From the human T2T-CHM13v2.0 reference genome, Homo sapiens: 64,000 nucleotides of DNA. The stretch lies in assembly GCF_009914755.1 (NCBI RefSeq), contig NC_060936.1, one strand, 5' to 3'. Positions 42,698-64,000 of this stretch are shown here, in pieces. The position numbers and the translations under genes were made by a program. Under the pieces are notes generated by a model that had not been told where the DNA came from, ran no database searches, and worked only from the letters and a program-made list of their open reading frames with translations. Position 1 is the first letter of the stretch; each line of letters starts with the position of its first letter.

Positions 42698-42894
42698 AGG
42701 GTGCCAGACAAAATACAGGACGCCTAGTTAAGTTGAAATTTCAGATAATCAACCAATACTTTTTGAGTGTAAGTATGTCCCATGCAATATTTGGGACATA
42801 CTTATACTTTGTTTTTTGTCTGCTTTTGTTATTTATCAGAAATTCACATTTAACTGGAAGTCCTGTATTTTTATTTGCTAAATCTGGCCACCCT
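42698..42894. mobile_element. MER53-like palindromic MITE (hAT)
   Basis: TIRs agggtgccaga / tctggccaccct and central inverted repeat agtgtaagtatgtccca-tgcaatatt-tgggacatacttatact. Confidence 0.85.
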
Positions 42895-42904
42895 GCCCTC
42901 CTGG

Positions 42905-43260
42905 GATCCCACCCCGTCTCGCAGCCCGGTGCCCACCGCAGGCGGGTACACCCTGCGCGGTGCAGTCACTCCGGGCGCAGCCTGGCAACGCGGCCACAAA
43001 GGGAGCCCGGGAGGCGGAATCTTTCCACATGCCTGATCAATGGGGGCGCGGAGACGGCGGCGCAAACAGGCCTGAGACAGCCGCACAAAGAGGAGGCCCC
43101 TCGGTCGCTCCCGCCTTCCATTGATCCTGGTCCTTTGTGGCTCGGACAACGGGGGCGCGGGAGGCGCCTTGCGGGGACTTGGCCGTTTCTCATTAGAGGG
43201 AGAAGGCCTGTGAGCACCCCCGTCCCGCCAGCCCTCCCCACCGTTCCTCCTCCCGTGGGC
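42905..43260. promoter_or_regulatory. Small orphan CpG island, candidate distal regulatory element
   Basis: Dense non-Alu CpGs over ~350 bp; X-box-like GCAGCCTGGCAAC at 42977-42989. Confidence 0.55.
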
Positions 43261-44037
43261 TCCAGGCCTCAGGTCTGGGGCTGTCCAAACCTATCAGGGG
43301 AACTGGGCAGGGCACAGGGTGGGGTCGGACCAGGCTAGGAAGGTCTGGAGCCTGCCTGTGGGGGCCAGCCACCCAGCCCCCGCCTCCTGAGGACCCCCCA
43401 GTCTCCTCTGGCGGGCCCTCTCTGTCCCCTTGGTTACAGGCAGGTTTTGCACAGTCTCTGTTTTTTTATTTATTGAGCAAATATTTATTGAGCGTTTGTT
43501 CCAAGCTGTTCCCACTCCCTCCTGCCCCCATGGCCACTTAAACTAGCCAATTCCTCCTCCAAGCATCACCTCTCTGGGAAAGCACCTCTCAGTCCTCTCT
43601 CACCTCAGGTTGGGTAGTGAAACCCCACTACACATACACACACCCCGTGTGCCTCTCCCCACCTCCCTGCTCTTCATTCATGATAAAAATGACTAACAAT
43701 TATGAAGTACTTACTATGCCTGCCATGCTAAACATTTTATTGCTGTCTCCTTTAATTCTCATAACACCCCTCTAGATTGGAGCTACTATGATCTCCATTT
43801 TCCAGAGGTGGAAACTGAGGTTTGGCATGCTAAAATGGTCACCCAAAGTCATACAGCAAGCGGTAGAGTGGAGATTTGAATGCAGGTGATGAATTGCAGT
43901 TTGAGATCTTCACATCCCAAGTTCCAGACTCTATGCAGGATTCATTGCTGTGGCCCAGTAATGAACTGTTTACTCCATCAGCACATTTACCCACTGTACT
44001 GTGTCTATTTGGCCTTTTCCGTCTGTGTTCCCCACTA

Positions 44038-50842
<6,805 letters not shown>

Positions 50843-50902
50843 TTATTGAAAATAAAACAAGAAATAAAACAAAATGGGGCCAGGTGTGGTGGCTCATGTC
50901 TG

Positions 50903-50903
<1 letters not shown>

Positions 50904-50955
<52 letters not shown>

Positions 50956-51152
50956 GTGTATATATATGTATATGTGTATATAGAGTATAAATATATATAC
51001 TCTATATACATATATACATATATACACATATACGTATATATAGATAAATATATATACATATATATTTATAATATATATGTATATAGAGGATATATACTAT
51101 AGATCCTCTATATACATATATACACACACATATATAGTGTGTGTGTATATCT
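50904..51152. repeat. (TA)n/(CA)n compound microsatellite
   Basis: Alternating TA/CA/TG runs. Confidence 0.92.
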
Positions 51153-51847
51153 ATCTTTGATTAAAATAACAGTATATGCTGAAGAGTCACTTCTAATTAT
51201 TACTTTTGTTTTACAAACTTAGGTCAAGAGAGAATGTGGAGTAAGGCCTTAAGATTCATAACAACGCCTAGGTGCAAATGAAGGGCCTTTACTCACTGGA
51301 CTTATGCTGTCATGGAGTCATAGACTTAGAGTCATGGATTGGCTTTAACTATGGTTTTCCTTTCTGCTTTCAGGAAAACATTTAATTTCCACCCTGGGCG
51401 TAGTCTATGCCCAGCTTCCTTGTGGTGCGCTGTTTCTGTCTGCCTTTTGTCTGTGTGCTGGTGGTGTCAGAGCCAGTAACTATCTGTTTACAGTTTCAGA
51501 CAGTAGCATTAATTGCCTTTTGAACCTCCCATTTTCCTCCAAGAACTCCCTGCCTAACTGTCTCAACTGTCTCCCTGGAGTTTCTTTTCTGTGTGGAAAT
51601 GTCTATTTTTTTTCCCATAAAATCTGACCACCTGCAAATCCCTACATATTCTCTTGTGAGTAGGCAACATGAGAGAAAGACATGTAGGTGGCAGATAATC
51701 TGCGCAAATCAGAGCTTACAGGATGAAGCTTCTAGGCCAAACAACAAGGCAGCTGTTGGGTGGCAGAAAGAGCCCTGGAATTGGAGGCAGACCAGCAAGT
51801 GAAATCTGGTTTTGTTACTTACTTGCTCTGTGACCTGGGACAAGTTA

Positions 51848-58830
<6,983 letters not shown>

Positions 58831-59431
58831 ACTTACCCCTCGAAATAAACAATGTTAACGGCCTGGATAGGAATCTTTTCAAACATTTTTCTATAATAGA
58901 GTGTGTGATTTTTACATCAGAAATGAATTTTAAAACCTTAAAAATTTTGTTTAATTACCCCTGCCTGGCACTTCAGCAGATCACCCTTGCTATCTCCAAC
59001 CCTGTCAAGCTGTGTGCCCTCTTTCTGTGTCCAAACAACTTGCCCTCAAAGAAACCTACTTGGGGCCCTGCTCCCTGGAGGCACCTGCGCCTCTGCCTTG
59101 GCTCAGGTTCAGCAGAAATCAAGGCCAGACCCAGGAAGTGTTGGCCCCAGCTCTAGCCTGATCCCGGCCCTGGAGAGCCAGCGCTCCCCAGCCTGGGGAG
59201 CGAGGGGCCCGGCGCCAGGCGAGGCCCTGGGCTCCCAGAGAGGCCTCCTTCCCGCCCGCTTTCTCTAGGAGTAATTAAGAGTGAAATCCTCCTCCTGGTG
59301 ACCCCGTGCTCCAGGCCCGGGCTGATTTACACATGAAAGGTCTACGGAGGGCCTGGGCTTTCTCCTTTTCACATTCACAATGAGGCACAGCCTATAAATA
59401 AAACCTCTCTGGGAAACAAGAGGCTTCAAAA

Positions 59432-59548
59432 TGTGTGTGTGTGTGTGTGTGTCTGTCCCCCAGAGGGAGTGTGTGTGTGTGTGTCCCTGTGTGTGTCCCA
59501 GAGTGTGTGTGTGTGTCCCAGAGGGAGTGTGTTTGTGTGTGTGTCTGT
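59432..59548 (+). repeat. Interrupted (TG)n / (TG)nTCCC(AGAG) minisatellite
   Basis: TG runs punctuated by tccc(c)agag(ggag). Confidence 0.88.
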
Positions 59549-59825
59549 GAGAGGGAGAGACAGACCCAGAAGGAGAGAGACCAGAGGGAGAGGGGGAGTT
59601 TGAAAGGGCTAGAAAAGGGAAGGAGTGTGAATAAAAGCTGGTGTTAATTGAGCGCTTACTGTGTGCCAGGCAACCATCCTCACAGCAATCCTGTAAGGGT
59701 GGTTTTATGGTTCCCATTTTAAAGATGAAGAAACTGAGGTTCAAAGAGGGCAAGAGTTGCCCAAGATAACACAGTGAATTAAGGGGAAGGCTTGGACTCA
59801 GGAAGTGGGATGAACATAAGATTCA

Positions 59826-63030
<3,205 letters not shown>

Positions 63031-63258
63031 CTTCCATGTTTTTCACCCTAATTAGAGCTGCCACTCATGAATTCCTAAAAATAATATTAGCTTTCCTAAC
63101 ATTTAGTGAGTGTCTTCTGTGTGTCAGGCACTGTGCCTACACATATTATTTAATTTAACCTTCACAATCATTCTGTAAGGTAGGTCTGCTATTATTCTTA
63201 TCAGAGAAGAAATAGGTTCAGAGAGGTGCAGTGACTTGTCTGAGATCACACAGCCTCT

Positions 63259-63465
63259 GAGTGGTAAACCTGTGAGGTGAGCCATCTGTTAATTTGAGGG
63301 AACACCAGAATCCTTTGGAGGGCTTGTTCAAACACAGATTTCTGAACCCCATCCCAAAGTATCTGATGCAGCAGTTCTGGGGCGGCTCCCAAGAATTTAC
63401 ATTTCTAGCAAGTTCCCAGGCGATGTTGCTGTTGCCAGTCCTGGGGCACACTTTGAGAAACACGG
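63259..63465. mobile_element. MER5A-like hAT-Charlie element
   Basis: ggagggcttgttcaaacacagattt...catttctagcaagttcccaggcgatg...cacactttgagaaacac. Confidence 0.75.
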
Positions 63466-63814
63466 CCTAATACCAAGATTTTTCCACTGTCATTATCCCA
63501 ATTAGGCATGTTATGTCAAGTCCAGCCTTTTACAATACGCTCGATTCAAGGAATTTGAAGTCTAGTATAGTTCATTCAGCCCTAGGCATATATGACCCTA
63601 TAGTCTTAATTAAGTCTTCAAAACACACACACACACACACACATCCCAACTTTCATCCACATTAAAGGTACAAAAAGCTGGAAAATATAAATGAGTAAAA
63701 AGGACAGAATCAACCCTGGTCACTTCAATTACTCCAGTGAGATCACTTTTTGTTATACTTTTTGTTTATGGTTGTATAGGGAAAGCTTTCTGGATAAACC
63801 AACTCACTGGATTA

Positions 63815-64000
<186 letters not shown>

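Noticed and set aside
42670-43338. 222-aa ATG-initiated ORF
   Set aside because: Runs through the MER53-like MITE into GC-rich sequence, with no recognisable domain or splice/poly-A support; likely chance

Overview
Human (primate) genomic DNA from the MSI1 (Musashi-1) locus, recognised from the translated exons. The 5' two-thirds of MSI1 lie on the minus strand. Coding exons 1-9 span 14268->2079 (652 nt, 217 codons + 1 nt, both RRMs, all junctions GT-AG), and the later exons lie beyond the left edge of the window. A CpG-island promoter (~13.1-14.8 kb) has a (CGC)9 repeat just 5' of the ATG. A second CpG-rich island in intron 6 carries RFX X-boxes. A full-length RPS27 processed pseudogene sits head-to-head about 2 kb upstream. 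The remaining ~47 kb is gene-free and very Alu-dense, with old L1, L2, MIR, MER and LTR fragments and several repeat-free islands carrying neural/stem-cell TF motifs. I found no new multi-gene system. The most unusual observation is an Alu whose target-site duplication copied the exon 8 splice donor, leaving two identical donors 325 nt apart around a PTC-containing Alu. Other leads are a stop-free in-frame intron 1, a strong-Kozak overlapping uORF that reads the CGC repeat as poly-Arg, a TSD-to-TSD open frame in the RPS27 retrocopy, a distal SOX-OCT composite element and several local templated duplications. Repeat family names and boundaries were assigned by eye and are approximate.
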